Below, piece after piece: positions 31,380-46,961 of a stretch of DNA of 64,000 nt. The position numbers and the translations under genes were made by a program. How positions within the stretch are numbered: the first letter of the stretch is position 1; each line of letters opens with the position of its first letter. The stretch comes from the human T2T-CHM13v2.0 reference genome, Homo sapiens: the NCBI RefSeq assembly GCF_009914755.1, contig NC_060931.1, one strand, 5' to 3'. The notes beneath the pieces are model-generated. The model was not told the DNA's origin and did no database searches. It was given only the letters and a program-made list of their open reading frames with translations.

Positions 31380-31577
31380 AAATTAAGAATTAATTTTATC
31401 AAAGTAATGCATGCATCTAATTTTTAAAAATTGAATAGTACTTAAAGGGCTGATAATAAGTAGTAGCAGTCCGCCCGGGAGCTGTATCTCTCAAGTCTTA
31501 CTCTCTAGAGGCAATCACTTTCTACTCTTTTAGCTATTTCTTCCAGCATTTATCTCCATATTTCTAAATAATATGTG
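31380..31577 (-). mobile_element. Old L1ME-like 3' fragment
   Basis: atcaaagtaatgcatgca...ctctctagaggcaatcactttctactcttttagct. Confidence 0.55.
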
Positions 31578-31734
31578 TAGCAGGACATTAAATAGATTTT
31601 TGCTTTGGTTTCAGAATTGTAGCTATAGCCTCAAAGCTAAAAATAATAGGTGCTAAGAACTCCCACAGTCTAAAGAGAATTGACAAGATGACAAGACTCA
31701 TCTCTCAAGATCTTTCTAACACGTGGCAGAAATA

Positions 31735-31950
31735 ATAAGAACAGATAACACTTATGCAGTGTTTACGACGTCCTAGATCCTATTCCAAACTCCTTAGATT
31801 TATTTATTCATTTAACTATTATAATGACCCTTTGAAGTATTTCTATCTTGCAGATGAAGGAACTGAGGCTTGGCGAGGTTAGTTATTAATAATTCTGCCC
31901 AAAAGCAGAAACAGGTTTCTATTTTGGGTAGTCTGGGTCTGGATACTTAC
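31735..31950 (-). mobile_element. MIR remnant
   Basis: tcttgcagatgaaggaactgaggcttggcgaggtta. Confidence 0.6.
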
Positions 31951-32087
31951 ACGATATTGACTCTCATATCTTTCTTGCTATCACCTACTCCTTCTTCTCC
32001 AACCTTAATAAGCAGAACACCCAAAACTCTGGGAAGATCTTGGGAACCATATGCCAAGGGGGAGAAATTGCTGTCTCCTCCATTCAC

Positions 32088-32358
32088 TTTTTTTTTTTGA
32101 GACAGAGCTGGAGTGCAGTGGTACGATCTCAGCTCCCTGAAACCTCCGCCTCCTGGGTTCAAGTGATCCTCCCATCTCAGCCTCCTGAGTAGCTGGGATT
32201 GCAGGAGTGCACCACCATGCCCAGCTAATTTTGTATTTTTGTAGAGACAGGGTTTCATTATGTTGACCAGGCTGGTCTCGAACTTCTGACCTAAAGTGAT
32301 CCGCCCACTTCAGCCTCCCTAAGTGCTGGATTAAAGGTGTGAACCCACCACGCCCTGC
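32088..32358 (-). mobile_element. Alu
   Basis: Antisense dimer; TSD ~ctccattc. Confidence 0.88.
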
Positions 32359-32879
32359 CTCCATTCTGTTTCATTTGCATGCTTCCTGTGGCAGCTCCAC
32401 ACCAACAAATGAGAGAGGGGATTTCAAGAAGAGATTAAGGGTACCCCAAAGAAGGAGAGACTGGCATCTCATTCCCCTGTTGGGTGTTTGCTATGCAACA
32501 GGCTGGCTGATTGCCCTTGATGTCTATTTCAGCAGAGGAGAAAAAGATGAAAACGAGGTGGGAGGAGCGACATGGCAAGGATGCAGGGTTGCTTGTGGAC
32601 CAAAGAGGCCCTGGGGAAGCTGGCCAGCATGGAGCCATCTTTTCGGCACTCTGCTGGACAGAACAGCAGCAGGAAGAGGCCAGGTGTCAGGTTGGATGGG
32701 GTTGGAAGAGATAAACCTGATGGTGGAAAGGTTCCTGAGGACCCTTCAAAAGATTTCTACAAGTGCCCTATGAGCAGATAAACACTGAGGTTCTAGCTGC
32801 ATGGTCCATGTCCTTGGCCAATGTTAGCTAGGAGGCGACGATAACAATACCAGGTATACATTCAGATGTTTACTCCTTT

Positions 32880-33177
<298 letters not shown>

Positions 33178-33433
33178 ATGTTTACTCCTTTACTGTGACC
33201 CCAATTCCTGACCAAGATATAGGGGAGTGAAATTGCCAGCATGTCTCCTGCTTCCTCTGGATTCCTTGCCTGAGGCACGGAAGAGTGTTTAGACAGCTGT
33301 AATAATATAAATTTTTGTGATTGATTTTTCTAAAAACATAGCTGGGTAGGTAGGCTAAGGGAGGAAAGGTGTGTGTGTGTAGGGGGAAGCATGAATGGAT
33401 GGAAAGGATGGGAGGGAAGGAGAGTATTCGCGG

Positions 33434-34242
<809 letters not shown>

Positions 34243-34989
34243 TGACTAGAGAGCTATGGGATCTGGTCAAGAGATTATTAAGTAAAGTGAAAATGAGATT
34301 CAATATAACACAGTTGAAGGTAGAGGTCAGAGGATAAAATAAAATAATATCATGTTTATACCCTCATTCTTAGATTGAGAATATACTTCTCTCAGTAGCA
34401 GACTGCTGCATTAACTGAAAACCTTAAAAATACTGAAAAGCAGTTTTTTACTGCTTCTTGTTGATATATCAGTTTAAATATTTTTGATTGTCTTTTTTTG
34501 TGTGATAAGTGATGAATTAGCTCTTTTTCACGGTTCCCCCTACACACACCCCTTTTCCTCCCTTATCCTACCCATCTAGCTATATGTTTAGAAAAATCAA
34601 TCACAAAAATTTATAGTATTATGGCTGTCTCAATATTGTTCACTAGTGGGTCATACTTTTTTATGATTACATTTCCTCTCTGGGAAATGTGGGGGAGTAA
34701 ATAATTACTTTATCTTTCACTTGCATTGTTTCAATGTACATATCATTGAATTTTACCATCAGACCTGTCAGTTTCCTATATGTGGTGATTTTCTCCCCAA
34801 AGGCTCACACATGTGAAATCTTCTTTATATTATTTCCCCTACCCCCCCACCTCACCCCAATGCCTAGAGTTATCCCTCTTGAAAGTTTAATCTGCAGTGC
34901 TCCTTCTTTGAATCTGCTGCAAAGCTGTTATTCTGAAACTTGGCCAATCTCCTGAATTGGATTTAGTACTAGTTTTCCTCATCCCCATG

Positions 34990-35059
34990 TGTTTCTCTTT
35001 TTCTCTCTCTTCTTTCTCTCTCTCCTTTTTTCTTTTTTCTTCTTTCTCTCTCCTTCTTT

Positions 35060-35096
<37 letters not shown>

Positions 35097-35340
35097 TTTC
35101 TTTCTTTTCTTTCTTTCCCATCCTTCCTTCCGTTTTTCTTCCTTTCTCCTTCCTTCCTTCCTTCCTCCCTCCCTCCCTCCCTCCCCGTCTCCCTCCTTCT
35201 CTCCCTCCCCTTCCTTCCCTCCTTCCCTTCCCTTCTCCTTCCTTCCTTCCATCCCCTTTCTACCTTCCTCCCTTCCTCTTTTCCTTCCTTCCTTCCTTAC
35301 TTCTTCATTTTCTTCCTACCTTCTATCCTTTTCCTTTCTG
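34990..35340. repeat. Polypyrimidine (CTTT)n/(CCTT)n/(CCCT)n tract
   Basis: ~350 bp almost only C/T. Confidence 0.95.
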
Positions 35341-35409
35341 TCATTGCATGTCTGAAAATATCTTTATTATAATTTTATATCTTTTGCCCATACAGTTGGG
35401 TAAAATTTT

Positions 35410-36120
35410 CAGATTTGTCTTAATTTGGACCCCTCTAAAAATGCAGAGAATGAGACAAGAGCATGCATTTAGGTAGTTATTGGGATTGTTCCAGGGGACA
35501 GGAATGAGGGACTGGGGGAGTGGAGTAAAGACAGAGGGGAAAAAAATACAAAGATGAGCTATGGTGTTGGCCATGGCTACAAGTGCTCCATCTCACCAGA
35601 TCATTCTGTGGACCTCATGTGGAAGACAAAAAGGGGAAGCATTTATCCATCAGATCCCATCTTCCACTTGTCAAGGTAGTCTCATAGATTTTATTCCTCA
35701 TTATTTCCTGGTTTCTGCGTGAGAGTGCCACATTTCTCACAGGCATCCATGCCGTGACATCAGAGAAGCTCCAAGGTAGGAAGTAAGAGGTGTGTAGTGT
35801 GAACTTGGAGTGAGATGCTGTCTGGTTGCAGTGGGCAGAACTGGTGGAAGTCCGCTGCTCAGAATTGGTGGCTACAACAGCAGCTGGAGTAAGACACAGG
35901 ACTGAGTTAGGCAATGGTGTACAAGAGGTGTCTGAGATAGCTCACCCCTTGCAACATACAGATTTATTCAAGCTCTTCATGACATCCCATTCATCACAGA
36001 GTCCTCTTCAAGATGGGAGCCAGACATAAGCCTGAAAAAACTAATACAAGTATACTCCTGGAACAACCTATAGATCCCACTGCAGTATCTGATCAAAGAT
36101 CATAGTTAATATTTATTCCA
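35410..36120 (-). mobile_element. Old ERVL-class LTR plus adjoining internal fragment
   Basis: LTR16/33-type end (gcagagaatgagacaagag...taggtagttattggga) and PPT-like ctcacccctt at ~35941. Confidence 0.4.
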
Positions 36121-36890
36121 TGTATTAATTCTATATTAATATATTATTTTATACTTAATAATATGTATTCTCTCCCTTCTACTTCATTCACTCTAGATTT
36201 CCCTCATCATTCATCAAAATTTTAGTTGTAGAGGTGCTATGAGCAGGTCATGAGCTAGAGGCTTAGGTGATGAATTCACTTTGCAGACTTTCATTTTATT
36301 TCCTGCTTTTAGTTTAGCACTTCACCCATGCTCTTCATCCTATCCCATGCCCTGAATTTAGAGTTATTCTGGTTTGGTTTCTCTAGAGAATAAACTCCTT
36401 ATTTTCTGTTGCAAAAAAGTAGTTACTTGTCTGCACGGAGTTTGGGGAGGCACCTGCTCTGTGCACTGACTTTCAGCCAACTTACCTGTTATCAACCCCA
36501 CATCTGATAGCTGCTTTTTCTTGCACCTGGTGCTATACCCATAGCTGAATAATATCCTATTGTACGGATATACCATGATTTGATTATCCACTTGTTTTCA
36601 ACCAATGGATGACGAACAAGCTCATTTTCCCTTTAAAACTGACTAAAACTACACTAATCAAAATACTGTGGTACTGGCATAATCACAAGCATATAGATCA
36701 AAGAAATAGAATTGGGAGTTCAGAAATAGACCTGTACATCTCTGGCCAGTTGATGTTTGATAAAGGTGCCAAGTACATTCAATGAATAAAGAGTAGTTTC
36801 TTCTACAAATGATGCTGGGACAACCGGGTATCTAGGTGCAGAAGACTGAAGTTGAATCCTTACCTCACATAATAAAAAAAAAGTTATCTC

Positions 36891-37180
<290 letters not shown>

Positions 37181-37732
37181 TTAACTCAAAATGGATCAAA
37201 CCTAAATGTACTTGCTCAAATTATAACGCTCTTAGAAGAAGACATAAAGTTATATCTTTATCTCCTTAACACCAAAAGCACAAGTGGCAAAACAGAAAAA
37301 GACTTCATCAACATTTTAAAATTTTATATTTCAAAAGACACTATCAAGAAAATCAAGAAAATAAAAAGACAACCTACAGAAAGGGGGAAGTATTCGCAAA
37401 TCATATATCTGATAAGAGTTTAATATCCAAAATACACAAAGAACTTCTATACCTCAATAACAAAAAGACAAACAATTTTACTTTAAAGATGGGCAAATGA
37501 CTTGATAGACATTTTTTCAATTAAAGCAGACAGATGGCCAATAAGCACATGAAAAGATGCTCAATATCACTAATCATTAGAGATTAGTGCAATAACAGCT
37601 ACAATGAGATACCACTTTCTAAGATGTCTGCAACTGAAAATATGTAAGGAAAATAAAAAGTATTGGCAAGTATGTTAAGAAATTGGAACCGTGTACACTG
37701 TTGGTGGGAATGTAAAATTGTGCAACCATTGT

Positions 37733-37815
37733 GTCAAACTCATGGCCTCAAGTGATCCACCCATCTCAGTCTCCCAAAGTGCTGGGATTACAGGAGTGAG
37801 CTACTGCACCTGGCC
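37733..37815 (-). mobile_element. Alu 5' fragment
   Basis: Flanked by duplicated tgtgcaaccatt. Confidence 0.8.
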
Positions 37816-38182
37816 TGTGCAACCATTATTGAAACAGTTTGGCAGTTCCTCGAAAGCTAAACATAGAATTACAAAATGACCAAGCAATTCTACTCCTAGA
37901 TACATACCCAGAAAAGCTGACAACAGGGACTCAAACAACCTGTATGCCAACGTTCATTGCAAGATTATTCATAATAGCCAAGAGGTGAAAATAAGGAAAC
38001 AAAAGGTGAAAACCAATGTATAATCAAATCATGGTATATCTATACAATGGAATATTATTCAGGCATAAAAAGAACAAAGTTTGGATGCATGCTACAATGT
38101 GGATGAACCTTGAAAACACACTGAGTGAAATAAAAAAGGCAAAATGTAAACATTACGTGATTCCACTTATATGAAACATCTG

Positions 38183-38460
38183 TGATTTGCTTTGGCTTTG
38201 TCCCCACCCAAATCTCATCTTGAATTGTAGCTCCCATAATTCCCACGTGTTGTGGGAGGGACCCGATAGGAGGTAATTGAATCATGGAGGTGGTTCCCCC
38301 ATACTGTTCTCCTGGTAGTGAATAAGTCTCATGAGATCTGATGGTTTGAGAAGGGGAAACCCCTTTCACTTGGTTCTTGATTCTCTCTTGTCTGCCGCCA
38401 TGTAAGAAGTGCCCTGTCTTGGGTATATCTTTATCAGCAGTGTGAAAACTGACTAATACT
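38183..38460 (+). mobile_element. THE1 solo LTR with internal deletion
   Basis: Perfect TSD ATCTG (38178-38182, 38461-38465); the segment between gtgcc and ctgtcttgggtat is missing relative to the other THE1 copies here. Confidence 0.9.
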
Positions 38461-38829
38461 ATCTGGAATGAGCAAATTCACAGAGACAAATGTATGGAAA
38501 TCAGCGAATTCATTGGGAGTTATTGCTGAATGATAAGAGTTTTTGTTTGGGGGTGATGAAAAATTTTGGAAATAGATGAAGATTGTACATTATTGTGAAT
38601 ACAATTAATGATGTCAAAATGATGTCAAATTTAAAGAGTTAACACTTTAAAATGGTACATTTCATATATTTGCATCTATATTCAAAAGAGATTTTGATTC
38701 TATAATGCTCTTTTCTTGTACTATTTTCTTCTGGCTTTGAGGGTAATGCTAGCTTTATAGAATGAGTTAGGAAATGTTTCATCCTCTTCAATTTTTAGAA
38801 GAATTTGACAAAGATTGATGTTAATTCTG

Positions 38830-39132
38830 TTTCTTTTTTTTTCTTTTTCTTTTTTTCTTTTTCTTTCTTTTTTTTTTTTTGAGATGAGGTCTCGCTCTGT
38901 CGCCCAATCTTGGCTCACTGCAACCCCTCCCTCCAAGGTTCAAGTGATTCTCATGCCTCAGCTTCTCAAGTAGCTGGGACTACAGGTACATGCCACCACA
39001 CCCCACTAATTTTTGTATTACTAATAGAGATGGGGTTCACCATGTTGGCCAGGCTGGTCTCAAACTCCTGACCTCATGATCTGCCTGTCTTGGGCTCCCA
39101 AAGTGCTGAGATTACACTTTGTAATCCCAGCA
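38830..39132 (-). mobile_element. AluS with folded-back 5' end
   Basis: TSD gattgatgttaattct (38813-38828, 39134-39149). Confidence 0.9.
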
Positions 39133-39681
39133 GGATTGATGTTAATTCTTTAAATGTTAGAATTCACTGTCGAAGCCAGCTGGTTGTAAACTTTTCCTTC
39201 TTGGGAGATTTTGACTACTTATTCAATCTCTTTAATGTTATGGTCTATTGAGAGTCTCTATTTCTCCTTGAGTCAATTTAGATAATTTGTATATTTCTAG
39301 AAACTTTATTATTTCACTTAAGTTATCTAATTTTTTGGTTTGCAGTTATTCTTAGTATTCCTTTACAATTCTTATTTATATAAGGTCTGTAGTGATATAT
39401 CTTCTTTTCCATTTCTGATTTAAGTTGGTTTTCTTTTCTCTCTCTTTTTTGTCAGTCTAGCTAAAGGTTTGTCAGTTTGAAAGAAACAACTTTTAGTTCA
39501 TTGATTTTCTCTACTGTTTTTATATTCTCTATTTTATTTTTCTCTGTGCTAATCTTTGTGATTTCCTTCATTCTGCTAGCTTTGTGTTCAATTTGTTCTG
39601 CTTTTCCTAGTTGCTTATGTTAGAGAGTTAGCTTATTTATTTGAGATCTTCCTTCCTTTTTAATGTAACATTTACTATTAA

Positions 39682-40048
<367 letters not shown>

Positions 40049-40081
40049 GGTATGTTGTGTTTTTAAAAAAATTTTTATTTC

Positions 40082-42912
40082 ACCCCGTTTGGGAAATGAG
40101 GAGCACCTCTGCCTGGCTGCCAACTGTCTGGGAAGTGAGGAGACCCTCTGCCCAACTGCCCAACTGCCCACTGTCTGGGAAGCGAGGAGTGCCTCTACTG
40201 GGCCGCCAACTGTCTGGGAAGTGAGGAGTGCCTCTGCCTGGCCGCCACCCTGTCTGGGAAGTGAGGAGCGCCTCTGCCCGGTAGGCCAACTGACTGGGAA
40301 GTGAGGAGCGCCTCTTCCCGGCCGCCAACTGTCTGGGAAACGAGGAGAACTTCTGCACGGCCGCCAATTGTCAGGGAAGTGAGGAGAGCCTCTGCCGGGC
40401 CGCCAACCATCTGGGAAGTGAGGAGTGCCTCTGCCCAGCTGCCAACTGTCTGGGAAACGAGGAGTGCCTCTGCCTGGCCACATCCCTGTCTGGGAAGTGA
40501 TGAGCGCCTCTGCCTGGCTTACCACCGTCTGGGAACTGAGAAGCGCCTCTGAAAGGCTGCCTACTATCTGGGAACTGAGGAGCGCCTCTGCCCAGCCGCC
40601 AACCATCTGGGAAGTGAGGAGCATCTCTGCCAGGCAGCCAACCGTGTGGGAAGTGAGGAGCACCTCTGCCCGGCCGGCCAACTGACTGGGAAGTGAGGAG
40701 CACCTCTTCCCAGCCACCAACTCTCTGGGAAATGAGGAGTGCCTCTTGCCTGGCTGCCAACTGTGTGGGAAGTGAGGAGTGCCTCTGCCCAGCGGCCCAC
40801 TGTCTGGGAAGTGAGGAACGCAGTGAGGAGTGCCTCTGCCCAGCTGCCAACCATCTGGGAAGTGAGGAGTGCCTCTGCCCAACGGCCGCACAATCTGGGA
40901 AGTGAGGAGCACCTCTGCCCAGCCGCCAACTGTCTGGGAAGTGAGGAGCGCCTCTGCCCAGCTGCCAACCATCTGGGAAACGAGGAGCACCTCTGCCTGG
41001 CCGCGTCCCTGTCTGGGAAGTGATGAGCGCTTGTGCCTGGCTTACCACGGTCTGGGAACTGAAAGGCTGCCCACCATCTGGGAAGTGAGGAGCACCTCTG
41101 CCCGGATGCCAACCATCTGAGAAGTGAGGAGTGCCTCTGCCAGGCAGCCAGCCCTCTAGGAAGTGAGGAGCGCCTCTGGCGGCTGCCCACCATCTGGGAA
41201 CTGAGAAGTGCCTCTGCCCGGCTGCCAACCATCTGGGAAGTGAGGAGCGCCTCTGCCCAGCAGCCAACCATCTGGGAAGTGAGAAGCATCTCTGCTGGGC
41301 AGCCAACCAGCTGGGAAGTGAGGAGCGCCTCTGCCCAGCTGTCCAAATGACTGGGAAGTGAGGAGCCCCTCTGCCTGGCTGCCAACCATCTGGGAAGTGA
41401 GGAGCACCTCTGCCCAGCTGCCCACAGTCTTGGAAGTGAGGAGTGCCTCTGCCCAGCTGCCAATGGTCCGGGAAGTGAGGAGCGCCTCTGCCCAGCTGCC
41501 CACAGTCTGGGAAGTGAGGAGCGCCTCTGCCCAGCTGCCAACAGTCCAGGAAGTGAGGAGCGTTTCTGTCCAGCTGCTAATCATCCAGGAAGTGAGGAAC
41601 ACCTCTGCCCGGTTGCCAACCTTCCGGGAAGTGAGGAGCGCCTCTGCCCAGCTGCCCAAAGTCCGGGAAGTGAGGAGCACCTCTGCACAGCTGCCAACGG
41701 TCCGGGAAGTGTGGAGCTCCTCTGCCAGGCTGCCAACCATCTGGGAAGTGAGGCACACCTCTGCCTGGCTGCCGACCATCTGGAAAGTGATGAAGGCCTT
41801 TGCCTACCCACCGTCTGGGAAGTGAGGAGCGCCTCTGCCCAGCTGCCCACAGTCCTGGAAGCAAGGAGTGCATTTGCCTGGCCGCCAATCATCTGGGAAG
41901 TGAGGAGCCCCTCTGCCCAGCTGCCCAAAGTCTGGGAAGTGAGGAGCACCTCTGCCCAGCTGCCAACCATCTGGGAAGTGAGGAGTGCCTCTGCCCAGCT
42001 GCCCACAGTCTGGGAAGTAAGGAGCGCCTCTGCCTCGTTGCCAACTGTCCGGGAAGTGAGGAGCACCTCTGACCAGCTGCTGACAGTCCAGGAAGTGAGG
42101 AGCATTTCTGCCCAGCTGCCAATCATCTGGGAAGTGAGGAGCACCTCTGCCTGGTTGCCAACCTTCTGGGAAGTGAGGAGCGCCTCTGCCCAGCTGCCCA
42201 AAGTCTGGGAAGTGAGGAGCACCTCTGCCCAGCTGCCCAAAGTCTGGGAAGTGAGGAGCACCTCTGCACAGCTGCCAACAGTCCGGGAAGTGTGGAGCTC
42301 CTCTGCCAGGCCGCCAACCATCTGGGAAGTGAGGTGCACCTCTGCCCGGCTGCCAACCATCTGGGAAGTGATGAGGGCCTCTGCCCACCCACCATCTGGG
42401 AAGTGAGGAGCACCTCTGCCCGGCCGCCGCCCCATCTGGGAAGTGAGGAGCATCTCTACCCGGCTGCCCACAGTCCTGGAAGCGAGGAGTGCATTTGCCC
42501 AGTCGCCAACCATCTGGGAAGTGAGGGGCACCTCTGAGGAGCGCCTCTGCCCTGCTGCCAGCCATCTGGGAAGTATGGAGCGCCTCTGCCCAGCTGCCAA
42601 CCATCTGGGAAGTGAGGAGTGCCTCTCCCTGGCTGCCCAAATAACTGGGAAGTGAGGAGCATCTCTGCCCAGCCGCCAACCATTTGGGAAGAGAGGAGCA
42701 CCTCTGCCCAGCTGCCAACTCTCTGGGAAGTAAGGAGCCTCTTTGCCCAGCTGCCAACCATCCTGGAAGTGAAGAGCGCCTCTGCCCATCTGTCCACAGT
42801 CCGGGAAGTGAGGAGCCTCTCTCCCCGGCTGCCAACTGTCTGGGAAGTGAGGAGTGCCTCTGCCTGGCCACCACTCCTTCTGGGAAGTGAGAAGTGCCTC
42901 TGTCCGGCCGCT
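40082..42912 (+). repeat. ~39-bp VNTR, ~70 units
   Basis: Unit ~ccaaccatctgggaagtgaggagcgcctctgcccagctg. Confidence 0.97.
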
Positions 42913-43020
42913 GTGGAACCTTCCAAGTGTGAAGTGACGGCCTTGTGTGTGATCTTTTCTGTCTTCCCCAAGTTTGCATTTTCGACATTAACGTTTACTT
43001 TTTAATTAAAAGTTTACAAA
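40082..43020 (+). mobile_element. SVA2-type non-autonomous retroposon (VNTR + unique 3' tail)
   Basis: SVA-type VNTR followed by accttccaagtgtgaagtgacggccttgtgtgtgatcttttctgtcttccccaagtttgcattttcgacatta...ATTAAA (43005-43010); no CCCTCT hexamer, Alu-like or SINE-R domain; degenerate TSD aaaaa.tttt(t)att(t)ca. Confidence 0.82.
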
Positions 43021-43179
43021 AAGTTTTTTATTCATCTCTGATATTTTCTAATTTCCCTTGTGATTGCTTCTTTGACCTGTTGATTAAGAGTGTATTGGTT
43101 AATTTTCATGTATTTGTGAATTTGCATTTTCCTTTTGGTCTAGATTTCTAATTTTATTCATTGTGATTAGAACAGATAA

Positions 43180-43542
<363 letters not shown>

Positions 43543-43984
43543 TAAAATTTACTAAGACTTATTTTGTGGCCTAATGTATGGTCCATCCTGGAGAATGCTC
43601 CATGTGCAGTAGAGAAGAATCTGTATCTTGTTGTTGGTGGATGGATGTTTTGTAGATATTTGTTCGGTCTAGTTGGTTTAAGGCATTGTTGATCTTCTTT
43701 TGTCTAGATGGTCTATTCATTATTGAAAGTGGAGTATTAAGGTCCCCTAGAATTATTATAGTATCCTTCGGTTTTATAACTTCAATTTCCTTTATTTTAT
43801 TTGAGAAGAATTAGAAAAAAAAATCCAGGTCAATCAATTAGGTTTAATTAGAACTCTTATAATATTTTATTCTAGGGAAATTGAAGGAAATTAGTATTTG
43901 TAACTATCTACCATATGGAAGGAACTGTATTCATTTCCTTTACTATTATTTCATTCAGATCTTTACAAGAATAAAAAGTATTGT

Positions 43985-44620
<636 letters not shown>

Positions 44621-44798
44621 ACAGTACTGTAATGCTAGGTTTGAGGGCAGCCAAAGTAGTGATGTCATCCAATCTTTTAAAAGTTGTGCAAAAATTCACA
44701 ACAGACTTACTTATTCCAAATAAAAAGCCAAATGTAAATATATATGGAATAGAATGATAATAGAAAGTATGTTTTCTTTTTTAAAATGAGTATGCATT

Positions 44799-45090
44799 TG
44801 GCCAGTAGGGGTGGTGCACACCTGCACTTTGGGAGGCAGAGGTGGGAGGATTGCTTGAGCCCAGGAGTTCAAGACCAGCCTGGGCAACATAGAGAGACCC
44901 AGTCTCTACCAAACAAACAAAAATTAGGCAGGCATGGAGGTGCATGTCTGTGGTCCCAGCTACTCAGTAGGCTGAGGAAGGAGGATCGCTTGAGCTTGAG
45001 GCTGCTATGAACTGAGATCATGACTCTGCACTCCAGCCCCTGGGTGATAGAGCAAGACTTTGTCTCAAAAAAGAAAAAAAAAGAAAGAAA
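44799..45090 (+). mobile_element. AluJ
   Basis: Dimer; TSD gagtatgcattt. Confidence 0.88.
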
Positions 45091-45239
45091 AGAGTATGCA
45101 TTTAGAAAGAGGATTTATGCAGCTGAAGCACTGGAGAGCTGTGGAACCTTTACATGTTAACAGCAGTCACTACTTCCTACCCACCATCCCCAGCCACCAA
45201 TCAGTAGTTTCAGATCTAAGAGAGCAAACAGATCATCTC

Positions 45240-45819
<580 letters not shown>

Positions 45820-46218
45820 TTTAACAGAGCATCATGAAGCTTCCCTGGTAGATCTCTAAACTGGCTCTAAGTGGTTTAAGCTAACTTTGGGTGGAGTTAT
45901 GGTTAGCAAGCAGGGAAGCCTCCCTGCCCTTCTCACTGTTTATATTGTCACTCCTAATAGGGAAATGATCAGCCCCTGCCTTCCCTTGTCTCTTCTGATT
46001 AGAATCACTGGTACCCTTCATTATAGCCATCAGACTCAGTGTGTTCCTGAGCCAGACCTGCCCTGGGCAGAAGTTGATCAGCAGTCTCAGCCCTGCCAGG
46101 AGGAGAGAAGCCCAGAATTTTTCTTCCTCCCTACTGCTACCTACTGTTACCTGTCCTCCTGGTGCCACCTGTTGCTAACCTGGCTCTGTTGTTCTCCCCA
46201 GAAATAAGTGAGGGTTCT

Positions 46219-46530
46219 AGGCTGGACACAGTGGCTCATGCCTGTAACCCTAGCACTTTGGAAGGCCAAGGTGGGCGGATCACCTGAGGTCAGGAGTTCG
46301 AGACCAGCCTGGCCAATAAGGCAAAACCTCCTCTCTACTAAAAATTCAAAAATTAGTCAGGCGTGGTAGTGGGTGCCTGTAATCTCAGCTGCTCAGGAAG
46401 CTGAGGCAGGAGAATCGCTTGACCTGGGAGGCAGAGGCTGCAGTGAGCCGAGATTGCGCCACTGCACTCCAGTCTGGGTGACAGAGTGAGACTCCATCTC
46501 AAAATTAAAACAAATAAACAAACAAAAAAA
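46219..46530 (+). mobile_element. AluS
   Basis: Full dimer. Confidence 0.92.
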
Positions 46531-46961
46531 GTATCAGCTGGGGGGCCGAGAGGCTCCATAATGCCACAAGCACAGAACCTAGAGAAACCCAAGAACTGTC
46601 AACTCTATCTTGGCTTGTTGGGTTATCATGAAAATCTATTTGTCGAAGGTGATGGATAGGTCATATTGGATGGATCAGTCTGTTGACTTGGCTTATAACT
46701 TGTCAATATTTTGGGGTGTGCTGTGCAGGCCTGCATTCGTACTCTTTCTCCAGACCCTGCAGAATTTAGAGTTAGGCTTGGGCTCAGCTCTTGACTCATC
46801 GGCCCCTGATTTCTTCATTCCCGCTTGCTCATGTTCTTGAGATGCCATATGTCTCATACCATGGTTGAGCCAAAGCATGATATAAATAGCATTTCAGGAG
46901 GGAGAGAAGCCAAGTCTGTTCAGAAAAGTTAGAATATTTTAATAAAAATAAAAGGGGCTTG

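Noticed and set aside
32339-32781. 144-aa ORF in partly unique DNA
   Set aside because: It starts inside an Alu and shows no recognisable domain or exon structure.
40082-42912. CRISPR-like array (constant core with variable intervening sequence)
   Set aside because: The variable parts are mutated copies of each other rather than unique spacers. This is primate DNA with no cas genes.
40082-43020. Canonical SVA_A-F element
   Set aside because: There is no (CCCTCT)n or Alu-like domain upstream and no SINE-R downstream; the tail is the short SVA2-type sequence.
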